A stretch of 52,005 bases of DNA, filler included, from Bipalium vagum (GCA_037834085.1; 3 parts of 3 records of this genome joined end to end with filler, not necessarily neighbours in it), one strand, 5' to 3'. Counted from the first letter of the whole stretch, positions 37,330-50,823 are shown. Notes: generated by a model from the letters alone, not told the origin. Made by a program: numbers and translations.

Positions 37330-38050
37330 TAAAAATTACAGAACGAAAAGAATTCTGATTTATCATGAAGAAGGTTACTGTCAAATTCAAATTTCTCGGA
37401 AAATGAAAATATCTAGATGTGTGTAATAGATACTTCACAGATTCCAAGATCAACGATGTCATGAAGACAAACAGCGGTGCGGGAGACCACGAAAAACAGA
37501 CAGTTTGTAAAATAGAGAAATTTAGAAAATTTTCCTGTTAAATAGACGTCTAACAGCGGGAATTATAACTGCAAAATATAACGAATTTCAAGAAGTGAAT
37601 GTCAGCGCATCTACCATAAAACGCAGGCTTAACAGTTTCGGCTTGTAAGATCGAGCAGTTGCTGAAAAACCTTTATTAAAAAAATTAATAAAGCAAAAAA
37701 CTGAAATGGGCTATCAAACATCGAGATTAGACATTGAACCAATGGAAAAAGGTCCTATGAGCAGATGAATCGAACTTCCGCATTTTCGGTTCTCCTCAAA
37801 GAACGTTCGTCAAATGATTTGCTATAGAAATATCAGGAAAATTGGTGCTTGCAGTGAAGTTTGGAGGTGGTTCTGTTAGTGTTTGGGATTGCCTGGGAGG
37901 AGAAAATGTTGGTCACCTGCACAAAATAGAAGTCATAACAAAAGATGTTTATAAGGATATTTTTTGGGAAAGATTGTTAGGTCATCTGAGAGACGACTAT
38001 TTCAAAAGAAATATACATTTATCCCAAACATGACACCAAAATATGTAAAG
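37330..38050 (+). mobile_element. Tc1 (DD34E) transposon remnant, 3'-truncated
   Basis: CGRPRKT, VSASTIKRRL, KWAIKHRD*TLNQWKKVL*ADESNF, VKFGGGSVSVWDCL. Confidence 0.9.
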
Positions 38051-38165
38051 CTATGATATAAAATAAATATTTTTTCTTCTTAGTTCGAATATAAATGAAA
38101 AAGATTGTTAAATTTCATAAATAAATTAAATGTAAAATATCTGTCATAAAAATTTGTTCTATTTA

Positions 38166-39353
38166 CGTGGTGTGCCCGATAAATATCTTAACTCTATAAG
38201 AAAAAATAAATATATCAAACTATACTTTATTTTACAAAACAACAAGGCTACACAAGCTTATTTTTCAATATAAGACCCAAAAACATCTGTACACTTGCGC
38301 CATCGCTTCACTAATTCCAGAAACCCTTCTTCATAGAAGTTTTTGAATATGAATGGAGAAGTTCCCGTTCGAGTTCTTTCAGCTCCATGCACAGTCAAAT
38401 ATTTCCCTTCGTAAATCATTCTTCAGTCATCAGAAGATATATAAATAACTTGGAGCGAGATCAGGGCTATATGGTGGGTAAGAAACAAGAGAAAGCCCAC
38501 AGTTTGCAATATTTCCAAGTGTTTCCTGGGATGTGTGTATTGGTGCATTGTTATGCAATATATCATTTTTTCTCTTCCTGCAGACTCTTCGTGCCTCCTG
38601 GATTATCTGAGCATAATATTGTGAGTTGATTTTCACGTCTGATGTAGCAAAGTTCACTTTCACAAAACCATTGATATCCTAGAAAGTGGTAATCTTGAAA
38701 ATATTTTTGTGGTTTGTGCCTTTTCGCATCTTTAATGCTGACTTTTCTTGAAGCAAATTCCACTGATATGATTGTTGTTTTGTATCTGGAATATAGACAC
38801 TTAATTGATCTTATCCTCCGTGAAGAAATTGTGAAAAAAGCATTTTCCAAGCTTTCAAACATGGCCAAATTTAGTCAGGAATCGTGGAATAAAGCTAGAG
38901 CAAAGTTTACGGATTCCCAATTCTGTCAACATATTGTGTACGATCTCTAATTGTACGATTTCCAACAATTTATCAGATTTCTCCGAATCAATTTCTACAA
39001 GTCTGCCAGGATGTTATTGTCAAAAATTGTTGTTTTGCCTTGTTTAAACTGGCAATTTCAACTGTAGATGGTAACCTTGGAAAGAATCATTCTCATATAC
39101 ACACTGAAGTTCACTGATGATTTCTACATTACTGTTTTCTTTTAACAGAAGAAATTTAAATACATTGCTATATTCAACTGAATCTAACATTTCATCAAGT
39201 CAATTTGAATATGGATCAATAAATCTATAAACAAAATTGTAGATAATAAACAAAATAAATAATTATTACATACATAAACACTATTATTAATGTTGAGGAT
39301 ATGAATTATTTAATAAATTGTTAAGAATTAAAGTACTTAAGGGACACACCAAG
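38166..39353 (-). mobile_element. Full-length decayed mariner (DD34D)
   Basis: TIRs TA|CGTGGTGTGCCCGATAAATATCTTAACT and ...AATTAAAGTACTTAAGGGACACACCAAG|TA (22/30). Motifs LHNNAPIHTS and YPPYSPDLAPSYLYIF. Confidence 0.9.
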
Positions 39354-39459
39354 TATGTTATACTTAATAATACGAAGCCTGTCTAATACCTTTGATAAGC
39401 AGAGTATATTTGTTTTCATATAATAACTGTTTAACATTATATAGTGCGCTTTCTTTAAA

Positions 39460-40050
39460 AAATACTGTCAAGTTGAATTTCGCGGCATTATTTGTTTTTT
39501 GCTTCTGAGAAGGACGAAAAAGGATATTATTAGTAAACTACATGAAACAAATTGAAATGAAACTCCATGTAAGCCCAATATTTATAACTAGAACAATGTG
39601 TTTGATGAAGAAAGATGTGAACGATCATTCAAAATTGAAGAGGAGAAATTCGAAAAATTCAAATTTATTGTGAAAGAAGACAGATGGATTACCCAGAAAG
39701 ATTACTATTTAAACTAATTTAAGTAAGAAGGATATATAGAACACGCTGAAGAACATTGGAATTAGAAAATTATGCAAAAATTCTTTTTAAGTTTATTGAC
39801 AGTAGATATATGAGAAAAGCAAATGCAACCATACCAAGAAAATCTAATCCTATTCTATGCTATGGACAGAAATTTTTGGAGAATATTATAACGGAGGATG
39901 AAACACTATTTAATCTTGGTGAATAGGTTTTTCAGAGGAAAAGTAAGGGAAAACAAAATCGCTGCATTCAAAGAAGTCTCGATAAAATTTCTCACACTCA
40001 GTGTGTTTTAGGATGCAAAAGAGGCAATCAAGACTGACTTTACTCGAAAG
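39460..40050 (+). mobile_element. Mariner remnant (5' half)
   Basis: VEFRGIICFL, FLENIITEDET (compare I.TGDETW), SVF*DAKEAI. Confidence 0.7.
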
Positions 40051-40199
40051 TGCTGTGGAAAGTTACAGTGGAAGCCAAGTTATTAATAATAACCTATAAT
40101 ACGAAACAGAATTAAGAATAATATTTATCAATAATAATAATAATAATTAGGAGATTTTTGTAAATATCTTCATGGTTGTGCTAATTAAATGATCAATGA

Positions 40200-41181
40200 T
40201 AGGAAATAGTTTTTTAATCTCTTCACATACTTCATGCAAAGAATGTCTGACGCATGCCACATAAACCATGTTTATGTAAAGGCACCGTAAAGATTTCCCG
40301 GCTTTTGCAGCATCGGCTACAAATAATAAAAAATTCTCAGTTCGATTTCATCTGGCCATAATATAAGCATAAGCATAGACACATCAAATAACTTGTAAAT
40401 TGACAACTTACTCGTTTTTTCAAGAACCTGACTTGTTAATAGAAAAAAAGGTTTGCTTCTTTCTGCTTCCGATAATACCTACAACAGCTGGAAAAAAGCA
40501 TACTTCAATATCAGTGGTTTCATCAATAGAAACCCTTTTTCCACTTATCTTCTGTCGAATGCCATTTGTGTGGTTATAACGCAGATCTAAACATGTTTTC
40601 CCTATTGTGGACTCAAGTGGAATTTCATTACCTGTAAATTTTTTCAAAAACTTCGCAGAGCTTCATTTTCCAACTTTCCAAGTGGAATATTTGCGGAAAT
40701 AAATGATTCACATAATTCAATTGAAAATTTTAACATACCAGGTTATACACGTAATAAAATATTTGAGATAAAACTTTGTCCACTTCTCACTTTTTTTCGA
40801 TTTCACTTCTGTGTATTTTACTAGAAATATATTGCTCGACATTAAATCATTTGTCAGTAGACACATTTGTATTGCATATTTTGCAAATAAAATAAGTCCA
40901 TCACTGGACAAAAAATGTATTTTCCGAATTCAGTAACAATTTTTCTTAAATGAATTGCAAGATTTAATTTGGTTTTGGGTACTACTACATTTCATTAAAT
41001 TAAAAATTGAATTTCATCAAATTAAAAAGTTCTTGAAAATCCTCTTTTAATATAATTATTTTAACAAACTATGGTTTTAAAAATAAGAAATATGACTAAA
41101 AAAATTTTAATTATGACCTGATTAAATTATGACTTATAAACAAAAGTCGACTTTCATGACATGTTATAAAAATCCAACCCC
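40200..41181 (-). mobile_element. hAT-like transposon 5' part (CGGBP1/DUF659-like family)
   Basis: Zinc-finger region SSDGLILF.CKICN...H...H, VSIDETTD, LFVADAA, ACVRHSLHEVCEEI; terminal-like GGGTTGGATTTTTATAACATG on - at about 41181. Confidence 0.8.
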
Positions 41182-41249
41182 TTTTAAAAATAAAATTAAT
41201 AATATTTTTTAGAAAATTCTTTTACGCACCTAATACTGCCTTAATAATT

Positions 41250-42900
41250 TATTCAAGTAGGGGTGTACTCTTTGATTTTTTTCTTTGATGACAACTACCT
41301 TTATCTCTAATCAAAGGTTATTGGATTTCTCCCTGATTTGAACTGAAAATTGCTTTTATTCTTGATCAGAGCGGCACGAGTTTTTGTTGCCCTAGTATGA
41401 ACTGAACGAATAAACTTTCAAATCTAAGAAACCTATGATTGGCCGATGTATCCCATAAATGAACATTGAGGAGCACAAAAAGAAGGTAAGAACTGTTCGT
41501 TATTTGCAGAAGAATATCAATATTTGCTGATATCACAACTGATTTGTGAAGGACCTATTTATAATGGTCTTGTATAGGTTTTATCGTCAAAAGTTGAAAT
41601 CAGCTGGTTAATGCATTGTTGTTGAGATAAAACTTGTGTTAATAATTTATTTAGAAGATATATTGGGTAATCTAAAAAGTTTCATCAATATATCATTTTT
41701 TCAACCGGACTCCAAATATATATTGGTTGGGTGCGATACACCAACAATAAAGATATAAGTTTAAAAATTGTTTTAATAAATAATGACAACTATAATCATT
41801 AACAAAATCTCGAAGAATCAACACAAAAAATGTCCCTTTCGCACTGGCGCTTGAATTTTCGATTATCATTATAGTCTCTCAAATACCTTGGTTTGTCGAT
41901 TGACTGTTCTCAATCATCAAAATACAGTTATAAATGAAAAATAATTGAATAAAGATGAAGCTCAAAATTTCAATTAATATCATGCAGATAAATGAAAATA
42001 TCAAAGCACCATGAAACCTCTAGTATACAGTACCATTAGATTAGTTTACTTTTTGAAATCGTCCCATCATCTCTTCACAGTTCAATATAAACCGACACTT
42101 TCATACCAGTCAATAAGTTAACTTCTAAATCATCGATTATTCAAGATTAATTATTTAATAGGGTGTAATCGCGAGTATCTGGAAAGCTCATAGACCCCCT
42201 GATTGTCCAATTTCCTGAACCGTTAATACTTTCTTCTTCGTCTTCAAAATCAGTGCATGCCTGCATTATGTTATTGGGTTTTTTTCTGATATCTTTAATC
42301 CTCCACCTATCTTTCAGGTACCGATATACTTTTCTGATCCCAATGACTGTGCAATTTTCAGATTATTTTCTCTGCCTTCTCCTCACTCTTCTACTCACTC
42401 ACTGAATCATTGTCGTTTATTATCACATTCAGTCTTTTTCATTCGTCTCTTTTTAAATTTAGATCCCTTGTGTTTGGTTTAGCATTGTATTCATTTCAAA
42501 CATTCTCTTCTCGAGAAAATATCTTTGTTGCCATTTGATTCTTCTTTTTTATATTCTAATTGTATATCTAAGCTCTTTAGATAATTTGATCAGTTCGGGA
42601 ATGTGCAGTAATCGTTTTTTTTTGTTTCCAACATCCACGTAATTGTCTTATTGTACGTCCGAAGTATAAATTCCCTGCAGTATAAATAATGGTTTAATGT
42701 TTACAAAAATAGAAAACTGTCAGTAATTCTTTCCACGTGGTCCAGTATAGCTGTTAATCAAGTGTGATTCGTAACCTAGTACTCTTTTCAATCTTTTTTC
42801 ATTCTTTTGTGAGAAAACCACTTTTATCACTCAAAAATTGGAGTCTGTGTCCAAAATAAATTCCTTTTTTGGTACCAAATGCTTAGAATAGGGGTTATTG
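41250..42900 (-). mobile_element. Ty3/Gypsy LTR retrotransposon pol remnant (RNase H into integrase region)
   Basis: YWTTWKELLTVFYFCKH..HYLYCREFILRTYNKTITWML matches Gypsy RNase H Y..T.KELLAV....HF.HYLYGR.F.LRTDH. Downstream integrase-like fragments are degraded and no LTRs were recognised. Confidence 0.78.
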
Positions 42901-42929
42901 TGAGTACTATCTTTTTACAGTCTAATTCC

Positions 42930-43492
42930 ATCCTATATCTATCCTGTATCTATATGTAAATCACCGGAAAAAAAACAATGGGTAAGCAGGAGCAAACCAG
43001 CAACATTTCAAGTTAAGAAAGATCTCCGTGTTTGGAAGACAATGATCAGTGTGTGGTGGGACTGGAAGGGTTTCATTTATTTTCAAATTCTACCACATAA
43101 TTACACAATCAAATAGTAACTCTACGTTGAGCAGCTGCGTTGCTTGAACCAAGTTAATCAAGAGGAGCGATCTGATCGCCATGGGCCAGTAATTTGTAGC
43201 ACAAAAACGCCCGACAATACATAGCACATCTTACAAAGACGGCCATCCAGGAACTCGGTTGGAAGGTTTTGGCTCATCTTCCATACAATTCGAACCTGGC
43301 TGCGTCAGATTTCCATATTTTTCTTTCGCTTTCTAACCAAATCCATGACTTAAGATTCAACAATGAAGATTTGAAGAATTGGCTTAAAAATTACTTTGAT
43401 TCCAGACCACACAATTTTGGCAAAACGGGATCAACAAATTGGTACAACGATGGAAGAAAGTTGTTAATAATAGTAGACAATACGTAACTGAT
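42930..43492 (+). mobile_element. Mariner transposase 3' half remnant
   Basis: TMISVWWDWKGFIYF, LYVEQLRCL, LGWKVLAHLPYNSNLAASDFHIFLSLSN. Confidence 0.9.
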
Positions 43493-45962
43493 TGATTTTT
43501 TATTTATCATGAAATAAATGTTTTCTTTTGTTGGTTGATGTTCCATCACTCTTTTAACATTCTGTTTGACTTTCTTGAAATAAGCCTGAATACTTTCCGA
43601 ATCGAGTCTGTGCTGCAACGATTCTTCACAGTTAGTTACAAAATCCTTTTCCTTGGTAAACGCCAACACACAAACTAGCTTCAAATCCATCAGCCAAATT
43701 CGCTGTTCTTTCGTAATTTCCGATCATATCCTTATAAATCATTGCATATACAAGGGTCTCGCACATTTTCTTGGATTTGCTCAAAACGTCGAAATATCGA
43801 CAGCATTGATTGATAAACATCTTCAGATCAATTTATTGACAGTGTAGCTAATTAAAAATCATTCCAATAGAAAGGTTTTCTGGAAAATCTTTCTTTTTGT
43901 GAGCAGCAATAACTATCTTAATGGACATATTTTGAAAACTATCTTTATAAACAAATTATACTATAACAATCACTTGCTCTGAAGGTGAACTCAACGATCT
44001 CGATACAGCAGCTAACTTGGAGAAATTATGATAAGGAGGATCTGTATTTTAATAAGATTTTTGTTAAAACCTTCTTATTGTACAAAATATATAATTAGAG
44101 TCATAATTTCTAGAAATTGACAAAAGGCAAGCCTTAAACGTGCAGTATATGAAGAAGGCATTGCTAGTTTTGAAGACTTTCAGATTAATAAAGAAATAAT
44201 TTAGTAGTTATTTAATAATTTTAATTTTATTAGATTAATCATTTTCCATAATAATGATATCGAAAAATGTGATTAATAATATAATTTTTATTTTGTATTT
44301 ATTATTCTCATACAAATCATTTATATTATACTTATTATTAAAGTAAATCTAAAGTAAATTTAAAGTAAAGCATTAAAGTAAATTAATTGAAACCTTGTTG
44401 AAAAAATGAATTCAGAATCTCTAAAACTTTTAAGTCATACTTCATTTAAAATTGAACGTTATTCATATATTTTTAATTAACTTAAAATTTTTCATTTTTC
44501 AATTCATAGTAAATTCATGAAATGTTAAATAGAATCGTTGATAAATATATTTTAATTTCAATTTATTTGTTTCAATATTTAATAAAGAAGTAAACGTGTA
44601 TCTTTAATTTTATTTATAATCACGGTTTTCGCATTAAGCAGCATATCTAAGCATTGGTGTGCTGACAGTACCGAAACCAAAATTAATTTCCAAATGATTT
44701 CTATTATAGAAAAAACTTGGTACAAGCGAATATTATAATATTTCCCCTATTTAGCACTATTGATATTTATTACTTTTTCAACTTCTACGATTCTGTTTTT
44801 AAAATATTTTTTTCCAGAGTGATCAACCGTATTTGGTGAATATGTATATGTTTAATTTAAGATACTTTATAATAGAGCATTTGTGAATGTTGTGAATTCT
44901 CGCCTTCCAACTATTAAATTTTATTATTCGTTTATAAAATAACTTAATATCCACTCTTTGAATTTTTCAATATTAAACTATTAATATGAGATTTTATATT
45001 TTTTTCATGTAACTTTTTGTTGAGTCTAGCATAGCAATGGTATTTTTCATTACTTCAATTTCTTTTTCTCCGAGCGTTGATTGTCCCAGATTTTAAACAA
45101 GTTGTCTGATAAAAGAATATTTAATGTATAGTCTTCCCGAAGGAGACTTGGATTTCGAATAAAATATTCCACGAAAATATTCAAATATTTGGTAATTCAT
45201 AGTATATGAAAAGATTAATTTTTGTTTTCGCTTATTTACTAATTTTTAAAATGTAACTTAACATTTTAATTGGTTAAATAATCATTTCAGTTTAATAATC
45301 AATTTTTTGTAAATAACTTTTAAAACTTCAATTCACAAGTGATTTAATTTTTAGATAACAAAAACTGAGGATGTTTTGATAGTCAAATTGAAAGTTTTAT
45401 TTAAAGAATAGTTTATTTAAGATTATTATTATTTATTTAAGATTAAAGAACAGTTTATTTGATTAAGTATGGGCAAAGAATGGTTTATTTTATGATCACA
45501 CAGCTTATTCTAGAACGTGGTCCGTTCAATTGATTTTTTAAAGTTTAAAACTCTTTCTAAATTTTCTTTTTCTTCCTGTTACCAAAAAAGTTATCTTTCC
45601 GTAGATTCAATTTACTGTTATAATTTATAAAGTTTACTTTATTTCAGTGAAATTAAATATAAATATAAACAATAGTTTAATAATCTAGATCACATTAAGT
45701 TAATTAAATTAACTGATAATCTTAAAAATAACTGTCAAAAAAAGTACAGAACATGTCTGAATAATTCAAATTAATTAGATTAATTAAAATGTTTGGTTTT
45801 TCAAAATTGTCTCAATTTGTCAATTTAAATCTATGAAGAACTTGTAGTTTTAAAAAAGTATTTATTTATTTTTAATCTTGAAGAATTATAGGAAGAAAAC
45901 TAATCGAAATAGTTATACGTATATTTAATACGAAATACAATTTTCACTCATTTCGTTTACAA

Positions 45963-47546
45963 TCAATGAAAAATCGAGTCTCGAAACCAGACAAAGCTTT
46001 TTAGCATATCAGATCTAAAAGACTTGTTCATCAAAATATAAATAAAAGGATTTACGGCTCCACTGACATGGAATGAAAAAAATAATAACATTTTTATTTG
46101 AAGTTTGTGATAATTTGTATCGTTGACAATGTCTTCATTTAGCCAGCTCACGATTCCTGAACTGACAACAAGAAATGGTGCATAGGAAAATGCAAAAGCC
46201 AGTGTAACAATTAATAGGGTTTTTGCCGTTCTTGAAGAACCAGGCCGCCTTTTCTTACATTCCTTGTTAGTTATTGATAAAATATCTCTATTTTGTATTG
46301 CTGAGACCAATACTTGTGATTGACGTCTGATAAAAGAACTGGAGAAAGAGCTTCTTTCCTTTTTACTAGAATCTGCTTGAATTTCTGATTCCGTCTGACA
46401 CTCATCGGGATCTTCTACTAATTTCCCATCGAATTCATATCCGATCGGATGAAGATATTGACAATGCTGTTGACTACTGTTATACATTGATATATTGTAC
46501 GAATTTGAAAAATTTGATTCTCGCCGATAACTTGTTATTGATCTCAAATTGCTCATCCTTCTCGATGATCCAGTGGCATTCGAGAGAAAGGAGCTGCTGT
46601 CCACATCAACGCATTTACTTGATTTAGTTTTCCTTCTTTCGGAATTGTATGAGGAAGACTTTTCTGAAAATTGTGATCTGCTGCTCGATTCAATTGTGCT
46701 TTTCCCGTATCTTTGAAACCAATAACAATGTCGGTACCATATGAAACCAAATATGCCGCTGTAGAAAATTACCAGTAAAAATAATAAAATAAAAAATAAT
46801 ATCAAAATGAATTTTCGATAGATTTCAAAAAGAGGTAATATCACAATCGACTCATCTACGTGACAAGATGTTAACTCAAGCTTTAAAATGTTACTAGGCT
46901 TGGATTCAATTGAAATGGAAAAGTTGTACTTTACGTATTCAAAAGATTGACCAGTCCAATTTGTGTTGGGATTTAAATAAACTTTAACTCCAGTGCACAA
47001 ACCTGATGGAATTGATATAGAAATGCTAGCTAGAATAATAAAACCAATAACTATCAATGTTTGTGTCAATGACATTTTCTTACTAGGAACAAAACATATA
47101 ATTAGAAATCGATCAAGAGCAATTAAAACGAGGAGCATAGGAGAGAATACTAGTAGAAAACATCGAAATGCCATTATAAGTTTACAGGCAATATCATAAG
47201 TTGGCCAACGCCAAACTTCAACCAGCAAACTAGTGGGTACACCAACAATACATACTAAAAGATCCACAAGACCCAAACAGAGAACTAATACAATTGACGA
47301 GAGATTAGTAGAGTTTGTGTTGCGCACTTTAATCTGGCGCACTAATACTAATATTAATATACAATTTCCAATAATTCCAAGAACTGCCGTTGTACACAGT
47401 AAAATGGTCACCAAAATCACAGTTTCTGACAACTTGGACAGAAAAGCGTTTCTGGTTAAATCCAATATCTGACGAAGAATGAGATGTTTGATTTCAGTTT
47501 CATCACCTTTTCTGTCAATTATCAGTTTCTGTAATATTTTATTCAT
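45963..47546 (-). CDS. Class A (rhodopsin-like) GPCR, neuropeptide-receptor-like orphan, 527 aa in one uninterrupted ORF
   Basis: Seven hydrophobic segments: TM1 GIIGN, TM2 LGLVDLL, TM3 CK...IALDRF, TM6 FAFSYAP, TM7 NPFIY followed by an NKSFR helix 8. Long Ser-rich third intracellular loop. Confidence 0.96.
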   Translation of the reverse strand: MNKILQKLIIDRKGDETEIKHLILRQILDLTRNAFLSKLSETVILVTILLCTTAVLGIIGNCILILVLVRQIKVRNTNSTNLSSIVLVLCLGLVDLLVCIVGVPTSLLVEVWRWPTYDIACKLIMAFRCFLLVFSPMLLVLIALDRFLIICFVPSKKMSLTQTLIVIGFIILASISISIPSGLCTGVKVYLNPNTNWTGQSFEYVKYNFSISIESKPSNILKLELTSCHVDESIVILPLFEIYRKFILILFFILLFLLVIFYSGIFGFIWYRHCYWFQRYGKSTIESSSRSQFSEKSSSYNSERRKTKSSKCVDVDSSSFLSNATGSSRRMSNLRSITSYRRESNFSNSYNISMYNSSQQHCQYLHPIGYEFDGKLVEDPDECQTESEIQADSSKKERSSFSSSFIRRQSQVLVSAIQNRDILSITNKECKKRRPGSSRTAKTLLIVTLAFAFSYAPFLVVSSGIVSWLNEDIVNDTNYHKLQIKMLLFFSFHVSGAVNPFIYILMNKSFRSDMLKSFVWFRDSIFH

Positions 47547-47849
47547 ATGAATAGTATATGTCTAAAAATGAAAATTATTATTTTTTATCATTCAATAAAA
47601 TTTTGAATTATTAATAATAGTTTATTTCATGAAGTTTGACCAATTAATTTTATTTGTAAAACAAGTTTCGTTTTAAAATAATATAATTATTTATTAATTG
47701 GATCACCTAAATTCAATTTAATAAAGACAAATTGAATCTATTTATTTCAGTAAGTATGAATTAATTTATCACTAATATCGTTTCGTAACATGTAACTAAT
47801 ATAGTATCCAACTAGTATAGTATAGTAACTAAAATAAAGTATTCAAAAA

Positions 47850-48280
47850 TGAATGAATGAACGAAAGTTTTCACAAATGTTCAACGAAAATTCCCGTCAG
47901 AATATAGCCGAAAGTCGCCAACCAGAGTCAGTATTTACAAAGGGCATACCACGTTAATAGAAACTGGGAATGCGATAAATAATTCGAAGAAACGTATGCA
48001 ATCTTTACGTATTAAAAAAATGTCCAAAAGGATGATTATTTTATGGAAAAATCAGATTCATTTCTTCGTCGTGTATCAACTGAATTAATAAGTCATGGCA
48101 CAATACACAAAATATTAGGTGATCTGCATTGGTACTCTTACAAAATTAAAATTCTCCAAACGATCACCAACAAAGATAAAGCTAATCACGTACATATACT
48201 TTAGGTACACTGCAAAGAATGGAAAATAATCAAAATCTACTACTTTCTGAAAAACCACACTTTCACACAGACGGTAGCCT
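47850..48280 (+). mobile_element. rosa (DD41D)-like transposase 5' remnant
   Basis: LIETGN, ISHGTIHKILGDLHWYSYKIKILQ, LLSEKPHFHTDG (compare FSDEAHFHLNG). Confidence 0.7.
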
Positions 48281-49382
48281 TTTATCGATATCAAATAATA
48301 TCTTCCTTTTTTCAAAATCAAGTAATCTCTTCAAATTATTCTGTACGTTCTCTGAGGGGTGAAATTATGCTAGAATCGCTCTGCTTATATACTTTTCTGA
48401 AACTGATCTTCATCTGGAGATTATTCTTGAAATAATCTCAAAATTAATCTTAAAATTCTAAAAATTTTATTAAAACTCTAGAATTCCCTAAAAAATTATT
48501 TTCTGATGACCATTAATATTTTTAAATTACCTCTTTTGGACTTCTTTAAAAATAAAAATTACTTTTGGAGGGTTGTTTTATTTTCTAAGTATTTTCAAAC
48601 TAAAAATATCTGTAATTTTTTAATTGTTTTTCAATTGTTAATTAAATTTAACTATTAATATTATTATTCTTTTTAACATCTATACCCTTTTCATGATTTT
48701 ATTTGGTTATATTTTCCCAAGGGGAAGGTGTCTTGGTAAACCCAACAAAAGGCAACGCCTATTTTATTTGACATCAACCATCACGGCATAAAGAGGATAC
48801 ACCTAAAAGTGACTCTAAATCCCCATCAACGATTACTATAAAAGATCACAAGTGAATATCGAAAAAATACAAACAATTGAACCGCAGATGAAACCAAAAG
48901 TCTTTAACATTAAATTATTGAAAAATAACATTATCACTTCACGATTAATGGAACCATCCAGAGAGATTCAAAAACTTTGTTCCAATTTTATTTATACCCG
49001 AGGTAATTGTTGTTAATTAAATAAGTAAATAAATTATAAATTATAATAACGAAACTTGTTTTAAGATTAAAACAAAGTTTCGATTTTATTCCATAATAAT
49101 AAAATAATAAAATTTTGAAATTAATTCTAATTTAACAAGGACATGTTTTGAAAACAAAACACAGTTGCAAATCATTTCAATTAATCATAAAAATTCTTTT
49201 AAAATTTGTTAGATAAAACCTGTTTTATAGTTAGAACAAAATTTATCTTTAACCTATTAATTAAATTCTCGAGCCAGAACTTGTGGATCAAGTATTTTTT
49301 TATATTCCTATTTCTTTTTCCTTTTTTCTTTTTTGTTCTTAATTCACTCGCTATGTAGATAAATTAAATTGTTTTTCTTTAC

Positions 49383-49600
49383 TGAGAACCTCTGAGCCTA
49401 AGAGCGAGAGGATTTTTATAACCCAAAAAAACATTAAAATAATATCCATCAAGGTCGGTTATTATCAACGTTTGTAGAAATCCCTATTTTTAATAAAAAT
49501 ATAATTTTGAAAATTGTTATTTAAGTAATTTTTAAGCAACCTTCACCGTTAAGTTCTAATCATTTTTAACCACACTTGATTTTATTAGGAACTTAACAGC
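49383..49600 (+). repeat. Non-coding dispersed repeat, copy 2 (copy 1 at 19200-19440)
   Basis: Same ordered blocks as copy 1; internal inverted pair CCGTTAAGTTCTAAT / ATTAGGAACTTAACAG. Confidence 0.75.
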
Positions 49601-49779
49601 TGTTACTCTGCTACTTCCTTTTTCTTTTTGATTCTGCCTGTTCTAACTCTCACTCAATATAAAAAATTTCATCAATTAAATCAACATAAAAATAAGTACA
49701 ATTTCTGAAGTTTCATTTATAGACATAATAGTTCTAATGTTTTATCTTTCTACATATCCAACCATATGAATTCTGTTAA

Positions 49780-50010
49780 ATAAAGCCTACTCCTTATTAT
49801 TGTCAATGCCCTTCATCATTTTAGTCCCAGTTTTCTTTTGCTGTGTTTCTAAGGCTATGAAATATTATGTGTTTTATCAATATATGGAAAAAATGTAAGT
49901 CTAATAAATTATAGGATTGATGTTCGTCAATAAATCTTATTAAACCAGGACGAACGACACCATTGATAATAGACAATGTTGATAAAATAGACAAACATAG
50001 ATAAAACATC
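49780..50010 (-). mobile_element. Merlin/IS1595-like (ISXO2) transposase remnant
   Basis: STLSIINGVVRPGLIRFIDEHQSYNLL (compare TL.PII...V.PG..I.TD.W..Y..L) and downstream LKMMKG. Confidence 0.55.
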
Positions 50011-50665
50011 TGATAATGAAACTTTTCTCCGAGATGTTAAAGGATGATGTAGAAAAATTTTTATTAAAATGCTTTTGTGAGTTGGAAAGAATACTGGACT
50101 AAATGTGTCCGAAGAGAATATTGATACATTGATTGCTCATGATATATAGACAACAAAGATGAGCTAATATGAACTAAATGTTGCTGTAACTAAAATTAAT
50201 TAAAATATTTATTGATGTATGTACATTATTTCTTCAACGAACCTTGTATAAATAATAAACAGGAAAGAATATAATTTCCCGTTTCTGCATATGATCAATT
50301 GTCTTCTCTTACTATTAATTTTTTTGCATTTTCAGTTATTTTATCTGAAGAGCCTCTGTAAATTCCCAAAAATTTATGAATACTCCTTCTTTTTAATCAA
50401 CCTTGTCGTTTGGAGAAATTTTAATAACGAACAGTTGAAAATTTAAAATTTAATTTGCAAAGATTTTTATTGTAACAAAAATTTATATTAAAATAGAAAG
50501 TTTTAATATATATTTAAAAATTAAATAATCAATTTAATTTATTAATCCATTGACAAAAATTAATTTTCTGTCGATCAATTGATATATATTTTCAATAATG
50601 ATCATTCCATTACAAATAAAAAAATTTCTAATAAAAATATTCGAAAAAACATCTAATTTCATTGG

Positions 50666-50823
50666 NNNNNNNNNNNNNNNNNNNNNNNNNNNNNNNNNNN
50701 NNNNNNNNNNNNNNNNNNNNNNNNNNNNNNNNNNNNNNNNNNNNNNNNNNNNNNNNNNNNNNNNNNNNNNNNNNNNNNNNNNNNNNNNNNNNNNNNNNNN
50801 NNNNNNNNNNNNNNNNNNNNNNN
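50666..50823. other. Assembly gap (158 N)
   Basis: Run of N with no linker; ORFs called across it are artefacts. Confidence 0.99.
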
